A DNA stretch of 36,334 nt from Planctomycetota bacterium. Lineage in GTDB: Bacteria; Planctomycetota; Planctomycetia; JALXBF01. Positions within the stretch are counted from its first letter, which is position 1. Every line of letters begins with the position of its first letter. A model generated the notes under the pieces. It searched no databases and was not told where the DNA came from. It saw only the letters and a list, made by a program, of their open reading frames with translations. The stretch lies in contig JALXBF010000173.1 of assembly GCA_026991575.1 (NCBI GenBank), positions 1-36,334 of the forward strand. The letters run 5' to 3'. Below, in pieces: positions 13,332 to 24,547 of the stretch. Position numbers and translations under genes: made by a program.

Positions 13332-13962
13332 GCCAGTTGCCCAGATGTGCCTCGCTTGATGGTATCGCCTGTAGCCGCCCGTTACAGTCTACCAGCTTGC
13401 AACCGAACGATACGACGGCCCCGCGGCGCAACGAAGCCGAAACGAAGGGCCCGTCGCGCTGCTCAAGACGACCGTTACACTCGCAGCACGCCGCCGCACC
13501 GAACCGCCTGGCGGCAGATTGCACGACTCGGCGCCGCATCCGCTACGGACCAAACAGAATCCGACGGTGAGCTGCACAACGGCATGGCGTGCCAGTCGCC
13601 ACGGACCTCTGGGCGAGCAACCGTAGCGGCTGGCACCGGCTTGACGGTGCACCGATATGTGACAAGCCGGCAGCCGCGTCGGTGAGCGCTTGGGCTGGCC
13701 GCAAGAGACGCCCCGGTACCGGCGGGTCGCAAACTGACCGTAGTCGGCACTCCTGCTTAAGTGCCGGCTGAGGCCGATCGTGGCCTCCGCAGTTGCTGCT
13801 CAGGACGAACGCCAGACTTGAGCCACTGTCGCAGGCTGGCAGAACCGATCGAGGCCTCGGGCTTACCCCGCGGGCTAACCGTTCTGCTCAACCGCCACGG
13901 GCGTGCCGCGATGGCAACCTCCTTGGCGGCTTTGCCTTAGGATGCCCACAGCCCCGCCGTGT

Positions 13963-16900
13963 TTACGCGGCCGCTTCCTGGTCAGCGGCTCGCAGCGCTT
14001 CAGGACGGATCTCGCCTGCTTCGTTGATGTCCTCCAGACGGACGGAGATCCGCTTCGAAACGCCCGACTCCTGCATCGTGACGCCGTAGAGCACGTCGGC
14101 GGCCAGCATGGTCTTCTTCGAGTGCGTGATCAGGATGAATTGCGATCGGTCCAGGAACTCCCTCAGCACGGCCGTGAACCGATCGATGTTCGCTTCGTCC
14201 AATGCCGCGTCGACCTCATCCAGGATGCAGAACGGGCTGGGCTTGGAGCGGAAAATCGCCAACAGCAACGCGACGGCCGTCAATGTTTTCTCACCGCCGG
14301 ACAACAGTGAAATCGAACGCAGTTCTTTGCCGGGGGGCTTGGCAATGATTTCTACCCCGCTCTCCAGGACGTCGTTCGGGTCCTCGAGCACGATGTCGGC
14401 CTTGCCGCCGCCGAAGAGCTTGCGAAACAGCTCCTGGAAATGCTGTCGCACGCTGTTCAGTGTCTCAAGGAACAGCCGCTTGCTGTCCTCGTTGATCCGG
14501 TCGATGATCTCCAGCAGCGACGCCTGCGCAGAGAGCAGGTCTTGGCGCTGCTCCTGGAGCGTTCGCTCTCGCTGCTCGAGCTCTTCCAACTCGCTCAGCG
14601 CCTCGAGGTTGACCGAGCCCAGCGACTGGATTCTCTTCTTCAGTCGGCGTGCCTCCTGGCTGGCTGCCTCATAGTCGAACGCCTGCGGCGGCTGCTGCGT
14701 GGCGGCCAGTTCGCGTAGGTCGACCTCGTAGTCCTCCAGGATGCGCTCGACCAGGCTGCTGCGTCTGTGCTCCAGGTCCTGGTGGCGCAGCTGTTGTTCG
14801 GTCAGTTCCTCGCGCAGCGCGTTCTGCTGACGCCGAAGCGCTTCGACTTCGGTCGCGAGCTCATGCCGCTGCGCCCGCAGCGCTTCGCGCTCGGCGATCA
14901 GCCGTCCTACGTTGCGGACCAGCTGGTCCTTGGCGGCATAGAGTTCGGCAACCTGTGCGGTGGCAATCAGCAGGGCCCGCTCGGCGGTCTTGCGCTGTTT
15001 GTCGATGCGAGCCATTTCCGCAAGCGCTTCGCGTTTGATCCGCTGCCGCTCGGCCAGGTCCTGGCGCGCCGCATTCAGCTCGCGTTCCAGTGCCCGAAGT
15101 CGCTCGCGCTCCTGGGCCAGCGCGACTCTCAGGTCCTGAAGCTCCACCTGACGTGACTCGCGCTCCTGGACCAGTAACTCACGGCGGGCCTGAAGCTCGG
15201 CAATCGCCTCACGCAGTCGCTGCTCTTGCTGCTGTTGGTCACGTTCCCGTGACCGCTTTTCGGCCAGCTCCGCCGAGAGCCGGTCGAGCTCTTTGCCGAG
15301 CAAGTCCATCTCGCTATGAAGCAACGCAAGCTCGTCACGAACGCCGTCGCATTGCTGCTGCCGCTGGGCTACGGCCCGCTCCAGCTCGCTCATACGGTCA
15401 GCCGCTTCACGTTGCTTGCGTCTAGCCTCCTGCAGTCGAGCGGCAGCGGTGTGTAGTTCCTGCTCCAGCTGAGCAATCCTTCGCTGCTCGTTGGCCAACT
15501 GGGACCGCAACCGGTCCCGCTCCGCCTCCAGTTCGCGCATCACTGCTCGCCGGCTCACCATACCACCTTCAGCTTCCATCCGGCCGAGCACGTAGCTGCC
15601 ATTCCAAGCGACGACGAGGCCATCACGCACGACCAGACACTGGCCCGGCCGCAGGCGTCCGGCCAGCACCGGGTCGAAGCGGTCCGCAACGAAGACTGAG
15701 CCGAGCAGCCGGTCCACGACGCAGCGAGCTGCCGGTGTGCAGCTGACGAGTCGGCTCAGCGGAACCGCCCCTTGCGGGGCCTCAGTCGCGGCGACATCCG
15801 TTGCCGCCGCTTCAACGAGCCGTATCGTCTGCGCAAGCTCCGCCGGCTCCAGCCGCTCGAGGAACCTGGCCACGTTGCGCACGACCAGGGCCTGCGTCAG
15901 TGAGCCCAGCACGCGGTCGACCAACTGGGCAGTCGCGACGTCCGCCTCGATCAATTCGCCAAGCACACCGATGACGTCGTCGCGTAGTTCCGGATCCTCC
16001 ATCAGCTCCCGCACGGCTGGCAACAACTGGTCCTGCTCTTGGTCCAAGTTGCGGTACACCTCGAGCTTGCTTTCGCAGCCCCGCAGCACAGCGGCCAGCT
16101 CCGCCTGCTGCTGGCGAAGCTCGGCCAGCGTCTCCTCCGTGCTATGAACCACCTGCTCGATCGTTTCGACCTCATCCTGGCAGTGAGCGGCTTCGTTCTG
16201 GGCCGCGTCCAGCTGAGCACGCAGCGAGCTGGTTTCGGCGTCCAGCTCTTGCAGCTGTCGTTGCAACTGCTCCGCTCGAAGGCGGTAGCGATCGCGCTGG
16301 CTCTCCAGCGTGCGTTGCTGGCTTTCGAGAGCGGCAATTTCGTTGCGGCAGCGAGTCAGTTCGTGGGCTTCGTCGGCCAGCGCTGCCCGCCGCTCGGCCA
16401 GCTCATCGTCAAGGCGGCGCAGTTCGGTAAGCAACTCCTGGAGCGCCTGCTCCTGGCCGCTCAGCCGCCGCTGTTTGCCTTCGATGCGGTCGTGCTCATG
16501 CCGGTAGGTTTCCTCCAGCTGGGTGAGTCGCTCCGTTAGTTCGCGGCACTTTGCCCGCGCCTCCAGCCAACGGTGTCGGCTCTGCTCCAGGGCCGCTTCC
16601 AGCTCACGGCAACGGGCCCGTTCATGCTGGATGGTGCTTTCCAGACGGGCAATCTGCTGCCGCGTGTCACTCAGTTCCGCCTCTTCGGCACGGATGGTGC
16701 GGTCCAGCTCTTCGAGCTGCCCGTCCAGCTCCAGCTCGCGACTCGTAGCCGCCGCCAGCTTCGCTTCCAGAGCGTGGGCCTGGTCTGAGAGTTCCCTGAT
16801 GCGATCCTCCAGCATCGTCAGCTGATCGCGCAGGCGGACGTAGTCGACCAGGCCTAATTGGAGGCGAAGTTCACGGAGTTGCTGGGACAGCTCGCGGTAG

Positions 16901-17538
16901 CGTTCGGCCTTGCTCGCCTGGCTCCGGACGGTCTTCAGTCGGCGGCGCACCTCGTCGAGGATGTCGTTAAGGCGGGTGAGGTTCTGCTCGACCTTAGCGA
17001 GCTTGTTAAGCGCTTCCTGTTTCTTGAGCTTAAAGCCGCGGATGCCGGAGGCCTCCTCGAAGATGAGCCGCCGTTCGCGGGGCGACGCTTGCAGCAGCGC
17101 GTCGACCCGCCCCTGCTCGATAATGCTGTAGGTTTGGCTGGATGTGCCCGTGCCGACCAGCAGCTCTTTAATGTCGCGCAGCCGGGCCGGCTTGCGGTTG
17201 ATCGAATACTCGCTCTCGCCAGAGCGGTACACGCGTCGCGTGATGGCGACCTCGTCGCCGTCGAACCGCAAATAGCGGCGACGGTTGTCAATGACAACAG
17301 TCACTTCGGCGAACCCCAGCCCTTTGCGCGTGCCGGAGCCATGGAAGATGCAATCGGCCATTTCCTTCCCACGCAGGCTCTTGGCCGATTGCTCTCCGAG
17401 CACCCAGCGGATCGCGTCCACAACGTTGGACTTGCCGGAGCCGTTCGGACCGACAATCGCCGTGATCCCCTGGCCGAATTCGAAGACCGTCTTGTCCGCG
17501 AAGCTCTTGAACCCCCAGAGCTCCAGTCGCTTTAGCAT
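13963..17538 (-). CDS. smc: Chromosome segregation protein SMC
   Basis: [13 protein letters not shown], Walker [10 protein letters not shown], long coiled coils around a hinge, LSGGE signature, [12 protein letters not shown]alker B/D-loop, ITH; 1191 aa. Confidence 0.97.
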   Translation of the reverse strand: MLKRLELWGFKSFADKTVFEFGQGITAIVGPNGSGKSNVVDAIRWVLGEQSAKSLRGKEMADCIFHGSGTRKGLGFAEVTVVIDNRRRYLRFDGDEVAITRRVYRSGESEYSINRKPARLRDIKELLVGTGTSSQTYSIIEQGRVDALLQASPRERRLIFEEASGIRGFKLKKQEALNKLAKVEQNLTRLNDILDEVRRRLKTVRSQASKAERYRELSQQLRELRLQLGLVDYVRLRDQLTMLEDRIRELSDQAHALEAKLAAATSRELELDGQLEELDRTIRAEEAELSDTRQQIARLESTIQHERARCRELEAALEQSRHRWLEARAKCRELTERLTQLEETYRHEHDRIEGKQRRLSGQEQALQELLTELRRLDDELAERRAALADEAHELTRCRNEIAALESQQRTLESQRDRYRLRAEQLQRQLQELDAETSSLRAQLDAAQNEAAHCQDEVETIEQVVHSTEETLAELRQQQAELAAVLRGCESKLEVYRNLDQEQDQLLPAVRELMEDPELRDDVIGVLGELIEADVATAQLVDRVLGSLTQALVVRNVARFLERLEPAELAQTIRLVEAAATDVAATEAPQGAVPLSRLVSCTPAARCVVDRLLGSVFVADRFDPVLAGRLRPGQCLVVRDGLVVAWNGSYVLGRMEAEGGMVSRRAVMRELEAERDRLRSQLANEQRRIAQLEQELHTAAARLQEARRKQREAADRMSELERAVAQRQQQCDGVRDELALLHSEMDLLGKELDRLSAELAEKRSRERDQQQQEQRLREAIAELQARRELLVQERESRQVELQDLRVALAQERERLRALERELNAARQDLAERQRIKREALAEMARIDKQRKTAERALLIATAQVAELYAAKDQLVRNVGRLIAEREALRAQRHELATEVEALRRQQNALREELTEQQLRHQDLEHRRSSLVERILEDYEVDLRELAATQQPPQAFDYEAASQEARRLKKRIQSLGSVNLEALSELEELEQRERTLQEQRQDLLSAQASLLEIIDRINEDSKRLFLETLNSVRQHFQELFRKLFGGGKADIVLEDPNDVLESGVEIIAKPPGKELRSISLLSGGEKTLTAVALLLAIFRSKPSPFCILDEVDAALDEANIDRFTAVLREFLDRSQFILITHSKKTMLAADVLYGVTMQESGVSKRISVRLEDINEAGEIRPEALRAADQEAAA

Positions 17539-17558
17539 CGTGCGTCGCGCCGTGAGGA

Positions 17559-19379
17559 CTACTTGCTACTTTTCTTGTTCCGGCGGAATAGCCGGTCAAA
17601 GAAGCCGGGTTTCCTCAGGTAGCGGCTGTCGTCCTTGCTCCGCGCACCGCCCACGGGCCGTTCTGCGGCCGCCGGGCGGACCTGGCCGCTGGTCGGCCCC
17701 GACGGACGGTGCCAGCTGAAGACACGGAACAGGAATGGTACGGGCGTGTTCTGAGCCACCTGTTCCGGCCCCAAACGCCGCAGCCGTTCGATAAGCCGGG
17801 CCGGGTCCGGAACGGCGTCCACCGCCAATTGTCCGGGAAGATTCAGGTTCTTGTCAGCCAGCTGGAGCATTTCCACAAGCTCCGGATAGCGGGCTCCTAG
17901 CTTGGCCACCTCCCGGATGACAGTAGCTATCTCCAGCGAGACCGGTTCTTTGACCGGCGGTCGGCCCACGGCATAGCGCGTGACCAGCACCGCACGATCG
18001 CCCGTGTTCGCCGTCAAGAGAATATCGTCCCCAGCACGCAGGGTCAGGGGTGTCAGGAACCGCTGACGTTCACCGAAGAGAACAATCTCCGGCTCGCCCC
18101 TGGTGGTGACGTGAATCAGAGACGGGCCGCTGCTGGGCACAAGGTGCAGTCGGATGTGCCGGTCGATCAGCTCACCGCGCGTTGCCGGCGAAAGCTTGTC
18201 CTGCATCCGCAACGCGCGAAAGGCACCGTAGCGCAACTCCGCTTCCGCATCTTCGTTCATCAGAGCGCGCAGCTCAAGCCGGCTTGCCGCCTCATCTAGC
18301 GTCGCCAGGGCCGACAACGCATGCGCGCGATACGCACGGTCAATCCTGGCGACATCCGCCAGCGGCTTGGCAGCCGCCGGATCACCCAGGTAGGCCAGCG
18401 CCTCGGCCGCGAAAAACCGCACGTCCACGTTATCCGAGGACAATGCCTCTTTCAGTACCGGAATCGCTCGCCTGCCGATCCCTTCCAGTGCGATCGCGGC
18501 TGCCGCAGCAGTGGCCGGCTGCTTCAGTTCGTCCGCCAGCCGCTGCAGCCGCATCTGAAGCGCCTGCTCCGTGTGCTGATCGCGCCATAGCGGGATCGAC
18601 CGTACTACCGTCAGGAACCGGGCCGGGTTGTGCTCGTAAACGGGGGGCACCCTGAGCTCAACCTGCGTGTCATCCTTGGCGACGGCCACGTCCTTGCCAC
18701 CCGGGCCGCGAATCGGGAATCTGTCGTTGATTCGCCGGGCAATGGCCACGGTGTAGCGGGCTGAGCGGTACCGGTTTCCAGTGAGCAGATGGAAGCCACG
18801 ATTCGTCAAGCTGACGACACCACCTGAGATGATGCCACGGCGCGGATCGCCTTCCTCAGTGTGAATCGGGCCGGTGGCCAGTGCCATTTTCTTGCCACGC
18901 ACCACACCACCTGCAATGCCGGCAGCTTCGTAGAGAACCGTCTCCAGCAACCAGCCGCCACGTAGGCTGGTCGCCTGATCACCAGGCAACAGAAGCACCG
19001 CGGCATCGACACGATCCCCCCTCCGAGCTCCGGGCGGGATCACGGCTCGCACCAGCACCAGCGCCGTACGGTCGGATCGCAGGATGGACTCCGCCCCCTG
19101 AACGCCGCGCTTTTTCATCAGATGCAGCAGCTGCGTACGCGCCTCTGACGGCGGTGGATTGCTGCCAGTACCACGGAGACCAACCACCAGACCGTAGCCC
19201 TGGACCGGCAAGCCCTCCATGCCGCCGATAACAGTGACGTCCCCGATCGTCTGTCCTGACCTACCGCCGTCGGCTGCGTCCAGTCGGTGCAGGTTGAGGC
19301 CAACGGTCGCCGCTGCAGCAAGGAACACCGTTACGACCCTGGCCTCGGTGACCCGCCCGGCACTAGCTCCCTGTAGCAT
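17559..19379 (-). CDS. FlgI (P-ring)-like domain protein with HEAT-like repeats
   Basis: [18 protein letters not shown] and SLRGGWLL FlgI-type motifs followed by HEAT-like repeats ([13 protein letters not shown]). Ends 20 nt before smc. Start uncertain (19379 with GGAG SD, or 19418). Confidence 0.75.
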   Translation of the reverse strand: MLQGASAGRVTEARVVTVFLAAAATVGLNLHRLDAADGGRSGQTIGDVTVIGGMEGLPVQGYGLVVGLRGTGSNPPPSEARTQLLHLMKKRGVQGAESILRSDRTALVLVRAVIPPGARRGDRVDAAVLLLPGDQATSLRGGWLLETVLYEAAGIAGGVVRGKKMALATGPIHTEEGDPRRGIISGGVVSLTNRGFHLLTGNRYRSARYTVAIARRINDRFPIRGPGGKDVAVAKDDTQVELRVPPVYEHNPARFLTVVRSIPLWRDQHTEQALQMRLQRLADELKQPATAAAAAIALEGIGRRAIPVLKEALSSDNVDVRFFAAEALAYLGDPAAAKPLADVARIDRAYRAHALSALATLDEAASRLELRALMNEDAEAELRYGAFRALRMQDKLSPATRGELIDRHIRLHLVPSSGPSLIHVTTRGEPEIVLFGERQRFLTPLTLRAGDDILLTANTGDRAVLVTRYAVGRPPVKEPVSLEIATVIREVAKLGARYPELVEMLQLADKNLNLPGQLAVDAVPDPARLIERLRRLGPEQVAQNTPVPFLFRVFSWHRPSGPTSGQVRPAAAERPVGGARSKDDSRYLRKPGFFDRLFRRNKKSSK

Positions 19380-19754
19380 CGCTTCTCCCCATTGCTTCGA
19401 TCCATCGCTCCCGCGCACGCTGCGCGCAAGACCCCCGATCTCTCCCGCACGCTAAGGTTCTGCCCGCAGCTCGTCAAGGACAGCATCACGGCAAAAACTT
19501 GCCCTGCTCGTACAGGACGCCTGACCGTCCCCGATCGGCCGACTCCCATGACCGAAGGCGGTGCAGTGTACGAAAACCTGTGCCCGCGCTCGGCTAGCGA
19601 GCGCACCCATCGAGCAGGAACCGACGGCGACCGGAACCGACGAGCGTGGCCGGACAACCGGGTGAGAGGGGTGATTCGCAATCTTTCACCGCCGGAGGAT
19701 GACGTTTATCGCCACACAGCCCCTTGGCGAAACACACTGCCCTACCATAGCTAA

Positions 19755-19998
19755 CTGTCTGTCCGGGAAATGCTTGGCGCACAAGATTGCCTGCATCGGG
19801 GAGGGTTGCGATTTGGCTAGCTGAACCCCGACGCACGGAGGCGCCCCATGGACGGGCGTTAGCATCGCTGGGCACGAATTCTGGCGTTGATCGACGCGAT
19901 TGTGCAGTCCCTGGGTGTTGGGCCGCGGTCTGGCCCGGGTCGGCGCGGTCGTCCGGCCACATCGCTGAACTAGATCTGCAACGCAATCCGGCGTCGGA
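19755..19998 (+). mobile_element. 5' fragment of an IS5-family element
   Basis: Colinear with 33610-33870: shared GTCTGTCCG end, GGAGG + ATGGAC start and SLGVGPRSxPGRRGRPATSL coding, with two in-frame TAG stops. Confidence 0.8.
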
Positions 19999-20163
19999 AC
20001 AAAGGATTTTCGGGCAGCTTCTCACGGATCTACGGGGCGCTGTTCACCATCAATGGTGGCGAAGCCATTGACGACACGAGTTTCTGACCAACGCACATCG
20101 TGCGGGCACGCACCCTATGCGTTCACGCTGCCGGGCGGTGATCCATGACATAGCGAAGTGCAG

Positions 20164-20238
20164 CAGAGCGTAGCACAACCTGGCTAACGCACCTGCTTTG
20201 GGCGCAGGAAGTCGCTGGTTCGAATCCCGCCGCCCCGA
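20164..20238 (+). pseudogene. Degenerate tRNA-Pro(TGG)
   Basis: Perfect anticodon stem CCTGC/GCAGG with loop TTTGGGC, T-loop GGTTCGAATCC and C1-G72/A73, but 2 acceptor-stem, 2 D-stem and 1 T-stem mismatches and no encoded CCA. Confidence 0.75.
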
Positions 20239-20481
20239 GTCAGACGAAGCCGAAGAGGCTGTGACCCAGGCAAGCTCCTGGGCAGGGAGAGATATGGCCT
20301 GCGGCCGCTAAAAATGGCACCCTGGACAGACGCGGAGCACGTTGGTCAGGGAGGGTTCTGTCGTGTCGTGCAGGCCAGAGGCATCCCCTGCGTGCCGTAG
20401 GGTTCTCCCAAAGTTCGAGACGCTGACGGATGAACAGCTGATCGACTTCCGCCCGAAGCCCGAGCAGAAGACAGACCGCCA

Positions 20482-21903
20482 ATGAATCCACGAGCTGCTC
20501 TCCGCTTTGCGAAGCGGTCACAGCGTCTCCACGTTCTCATTGTGTTGGCCGTGTGTCTTTTCGGCAGCGGCTTCGTCGAACCGGGGTTGGCCGATCCGCC
20601 AGTTAACCAGTCCACACGAGTCCCGCACGGCCAACGCGCGCCGGCCACGCCACCCGACCACCCCTATGCCAGGGCCATTCTGCTCGTAGGCCCTATCGAT
20701 CCGCAGCTACGCGAAACATTGGAGAAGTGGGAGCAGATGGCCCCCGACTCGCCGGCGGCGCGCCGTTTGAGGTCTCGCTTCAGGGCCGTCATTGATCTAA
20801 TCGAGCACCACAAATCGCCGAAAGCAGAGGACTTCCGTGGAGCGCCAGCGACTCATCCCCCGGAGACGCTCTCCAGGCTTGCGGATTCAGACGCGTCGGA
20901 CCGGCTCGAGGCTGTAGCTAACGTGGCCTGGCTGGAGGCACGAGCACGGTTGCTGCAGGGTAGTCGCGGGGACGCGATACGTTTGGTCGGCGCGGTGCTT
21001 GCTTTCAGCCGGTGGGCCGGGGACAAATTCGGCATGTTTGCGTTCCTTTCCTGTGCCACGACACACAGAAACGGAGCCGAGCTTCTCGCCCGGTGGCTTC
21101 CGGGCATGACCGAGGATGAGTTGGCCCTGCTCGAAAAGGTCCTGAGGGAACTTCCTCCGCCGCCGGACGTCGTCCGTGTCCTACACTATGAGGCTCGACA
21201 GGCGCAATGCGACATCGAAGAGCTCGAGGAACTGTTCTTGGAGTGGCTCGAGGAGGCTCGTCAGGCAGGGCTCGTGCAAGAGCAGTCGGTACAACTGACA
21301 AAGAAAGTATTCGCGTTCCGGGAAACGCCGGAATCCCGGTTGATCAGCGCGCAAAAGCAGTGGGTGAAAGATCTCGAGGCCATCCTTCGTAGTGGGCGAC
21401 CCGCAGAGTGGGCGGAACTGCTATCCCGCACCGCAATGCCCGTGATCGAAGACTGGAGGGACGAGCTGTTACCATTCTTCCCGGAGTTACGTGATCGAGG
21501 CTGGCTCCGGAACCACATGTACGTGGTCTACCCCGTCCGTTCACTGATCTACCGCATCTGCCGGCGACTGAACTGGGATCCAGGACTGGCAAAGAAGAAG
21601 AGGGGGCGGCCCTTGGCTTTGCTGGTAGCGCGGCTGGATCCGAGACTCGACGCGTGCGTAGCAACGCTCTGTATTTCTCTCATCTTTGCCCAAGCGTATC
21701 CCATCTTCCTGCGAGCTGCCGTTGAGCACCTTCGCGAGGATCAGCCGGACTCGCTTACCGAGCTACACTCACTTGGCCTAACGGCTCGCATCGTTGCCGA
21801 CAACAATGGGTTCACGATACGCACCAGCCCAGGGAATCTGGAGCTTCGCGTCATGTTGCGCAAACGGGAAACGGCGCAGATGTCTGGCGAGACGCAGTTC
21901 TAA
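20482..21903 (+). CDS. Hypothetical exported helical protein, paralog 1
   Basis: 473-aa ORF with a signal-peptide-like N-terminus; alignable with the next gene (ELLPFFPELR, GRPLALL, DNxGFTIRT, LELRV). Confidence 0.8.
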   Translation: MNPRAALRFAKRSQRLHVLIVLAVCLFGSGFVEPGLADPPVNQSTRVPHGQRAPATPPDHPYARAILLVGPIDPQLRETLEKWEQMAPDSPAARRLRSRFRAVIDLIEHHKSPKAEDFRGAPATHPPETLSRLADSDASDRLEAVANVAWLEARARLLQGSRGDAIRLVGAVLAFSRWAGDKFGMFAFLSCATTHRNGAELLARWLPGMTEDELALLEKVLRELPPPPDVVRVLHYEARQAQCDIEELEELFLEWLEEARQAGLVQEQSVQLTKKVFAFRETPESRLISAQKQWVKDLEAILRSGRPAEWAELLSRTAMPVIEDWRDELLPFFPELRDRGWLRNHMYVVYPVRSLIYRICRRLNWDPGLAKKKRGRPLALLVARLDPRLDACVATLCISLIFAQAYPIFLRAAVEHLREDQPDSLTELHSLGLTARIVADNNGFTIRTSPGNLELRVMLRKRETAQMSGETQF

Positions 21904-21927
21904 GGGGCGTCCACGGTGAGGCGTGCT

Positions 21928-23304
21928 ATGAACCCAGGGACCCTGCTGCGGACTGCCATGCGATTGGCCGTGCTGGTTGTTCTCTGTGCCCCTTTGCCTA
22001 CCACGCAGGCTGCAGATAGCGGGCACCACGCATGCGATGCAACCACTTCGTGTCGCAAGGTGCCGTCTGCAGCACGAGACTCCTGTGAGTGCATACGCGT
22101 GCTGGATCTCGTAGGACCCGTCGATGTCACACTGGTTCGAGAGACGGAAGGTTGGGCCGAGATTGCTCCCGACTCCGAGGGCGGTCGTCGGGTGCGCAGC
22201 CGCCTTGCTCATGTCTTGCATGCCATGAAAAGAATACCCCCGGACAAGTGCAGGACGCCCCAGGAACTGAAGGAGACTGCTCCGACTTCTCCTCGAGCGC
22301 AGCTATCCGATGGCCAGGCTAGCCGGCGGCTTCGAACGGCCGTCCGAGTAGCGTTGCTCGAGGCGCGCGCCAGATTTCAACGAGGCGACCATGCCTCCGC
22401 GATACAGCTCATAGCCTCAGCGCTGCGTCTGAGCCGTCGAGTTGCAGCACATTTCGGCGTCCTCACAATAGCGGCGTGCGCAGGTGCACACTCGGAAGGC
22501 GCCGAGCTATTGGCGCAGTTCGTTCCACATTTGACCGAGGAGCATCTTGGCCTCGTGCAGACAATGATGCGTCGTTTGCCACCGCCGCCCAATCCGTTCG
22601 ACGCGCTACGGTACGAGGCCACGGTTGGCGTGGCGCGTCCTGAAGAATTGCGAAGCCTGGTTTCCGAGTTGCTCCACGACTTGCGCAGGTATGGACTGGT
22701 CCGCGCACAGTCTGTTGAACTAACACTAGCGGTGCTGCGCTTTGACCAGGTGCCACTGGCCGAATTAGCGTCCGTCCAGCTCCGCTGGGTGCGCCGCCTC
22801 GAGGCTACCCTTCGTGACCACCCTCCGACCAAGTGGTACGAGCTGGAAAACGAGCTCGCTGCGCGGGAGCTCTCCGCGTGGAAGGAGGAATTACTGCCGT
22901 TCTTCCCTGAGCTACGCGAACCCGGATGGTTGCGGCAGCATATCGAAGAGCTGTATCCGGCCAATTGCTTGCTGAATCGCATCTGCCGACGACTGGACCG
23001 GCAACCGCAACTGGCCACGGGAAGGCTGGGCCGCCCACTCGCTCTGCTGATAGCGCAGCTGAACCCACTGCTCGCTGCAGGACCGGTCGGCATGCTGCTG
23101 ATTGGAATCGAGGGCCAGCCTCTGCTGGTACTCGGGGCAATCGAGCATCTCCGCGGCCATCCGACCGAATCGCTTACCGAGCTACGCCGCCTTGGCCTGA
23201 CGGTCCATATCGTTCCCGACAACGATGGGTTCACGATACGCACCGAACCACAGGAATTGGAGCTTCGTGTGATCTTGAAGCAACAGGCAAGGCTCCGGGA
23301 ATAG
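21928..23304 (+). CDS. Hypothetical exported helical protein, paralog 2
   Basis: GAGG SD before ATG 21928, signal-like N-terminus (AQA-like cleavage region TQAAD), same motifs as paralog 1. Confidence 0.8.
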   Translation: MNPGTLLRTAMRLAVLVVLCAPLPTTQAADSGHHACDATTSCRKVPSAARDSCECIRVLDLVGPVDVTLVRETEGWAEIAPDSEGGRRVRSRLAHVLHAMKRIPPDKCRTPQELKETAPTSPRAQLSDGQASRRLRTAVRVALLEARARFQRGDHASAIQLIASALRLSRRVAAHFGVLTIAACAGAHSEGAELLAQFVPHLTEEHLGLVQTMMRRLPPPPNPFDALRYEATVGVARPEELRSLVSELLHDLRRYGLVRAQSVELTLAVLRFDQVPLAELASVQLRWVRRLEATLRDHPPTKWYELENELAARELSAWKEELLPFFPELREPGWLRQHIEELYPANCLLNRICRRLDRQPQLATGRLGRPLALLIAQLNPLLAAGPVGMLLIGIEGQPLLVLGAIEHLRGHPTESLTELRRLGLTVHIVPDNDGFTIRTEPQELELRVILKQQARLRE

Positions 23305-23589
23305 TCAGGGTTCGACACGTCTGTGCCCAGGTTGACAATGCTGCCATTGACGCTGGCCCGCGCCGTGGTAGCTCGGCAAAGCAAAGCAATGGCGCGGAGG
23401 GTAAGCGAAGTCCGACAGATGGCGTAGCCGACACGCGCACGGTTGATTCCTGCACCGGGGCAGTCTCGCACCGCGACGCCGGAAACACCATCGCTTCTGC
23501 CAGCTACCTCTCGGGCGCGGCGCACTACCTCTGCTGGCCAGCAACAGCATCGCGTCAGCAGGGTTTCCGGCCCGTGGGGCGCCCGGCGA

Positions 23590-23720
23590 ATCACGCTTGC
23601 GTATACGACCCCCGTCTGGCAGACGCTCTACAACGGGGCCGACGAACTGATCGCAACCATCGATCGGCTGGGGCACCAGATCAGCTACGGCTACGATGCC
23701 GCGTCGTGGGTGACGCTGAT
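23590..23720 (+). pseudogene. Short RHS/YD-repeat remnant
   Basis: PVWQTLYNGADELIATIDRLGHQISYGYDAA matches PVWQTLSNAAYEVIATIDPLGNQ at about 28998-29070, at both DNA and protein level. Confidence 0.7.
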
Positions 23721-24354
23721 TGACCATGCATACATTGACATTGCATACGTCGATTCGCAGGGCAAAGCCAGCTTGCGGTCGACGACCGCGGCGGCAGGGC
23801 AGAAGAGAAAGTCAAGGGATTCCATCTACCCCATTCAATTAAGCTCCAGCAAGGGGGTGTAGAGTCCCGCCAGCACAGTTGGAGTCCGCTGCGGGGCCGG
23901 TCCGGCTCCCGCTTCGCCTCCCACCAACACCACGCCCGGCACAACGCAGCCATTGGCTCGACGCCAGGCCCAGCCACCGGCTCCGCACCCGGCAAGCGGC
24001 AAATAGTCAAACGTCCCCTGATGCCCCGAGCAGGCTTCACCTCTTCCACCGCGGGTATCCGCATCCCTCGCGGCCTCCGAAGTTCTCCCGCGGCGCTCAC
24101 GCACACTGGGCAGCACAGCCGGTCTCGAGCCGACCGGCCAAACGGAATTACGGCCGATCGAAACGATCGGCCCACCAGCCCAACCGCCCACCGTGCCATC
24201 CCTACGCAGCACCACCGAGCCGCATCCTGTCCGACCAGCGCCGCGCGCGCGGCGCGCGCTCACCCTCATCTCCCGACTAACGCCGCCACAGCGTTTACCC
24301 TAACACCGCACCACACCGCGACATGCATCCATGCCTCACACCCGCCGCCCGCTT

Positions 24355-24371
24355 TGGCACGGCATGTGCCA
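24355..24371 (+). promoter_or_regulatory. Palindromic sigma-54-type promoter upstream of rpn copy 1
   Basis: TGGCAC-GGCAT-GTGCCA gives GG-N10-GC on both strands; identical in copy 2. Confidence 0.6.
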
Positions 24372-24547
24372 TATGCGTCCACCATGACAAACACCAACCC
24401 CGCCCCGCGCCCAACTGTACACCGGGCGCGGGAACAGGGCTGCCTGCGGCCGGCCAACCGTAGCCACGGCTGCACCGACCAGGTCACCAGCAGGAGTCTG
24501 CGATACGGCTACAACTCACTGTTCAAGACAACTGACGGTGGCGGACG

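Noticed and set aside
13340..13960. Long intergenic region with a TGGCAC and a weak CCGTTACA repeat
   Set aside because: The GC is at the wrong spacing for sigma-54 and the repeat is too short to support a call.
22377..23594. 405-aa minus-strand ORF and similar long antisense ORFs (10523-11647, 28518-29744)
   Set aside because: Shadows of real genes on the opposite strand in high-GC DNA, with no motifs of their own.
24266..24487. Small minus-strand ORF repeated at 26232-26441
   Set aside because: The similarity is explained by the cassette duplication; different starts, no SD and no protein-like features.
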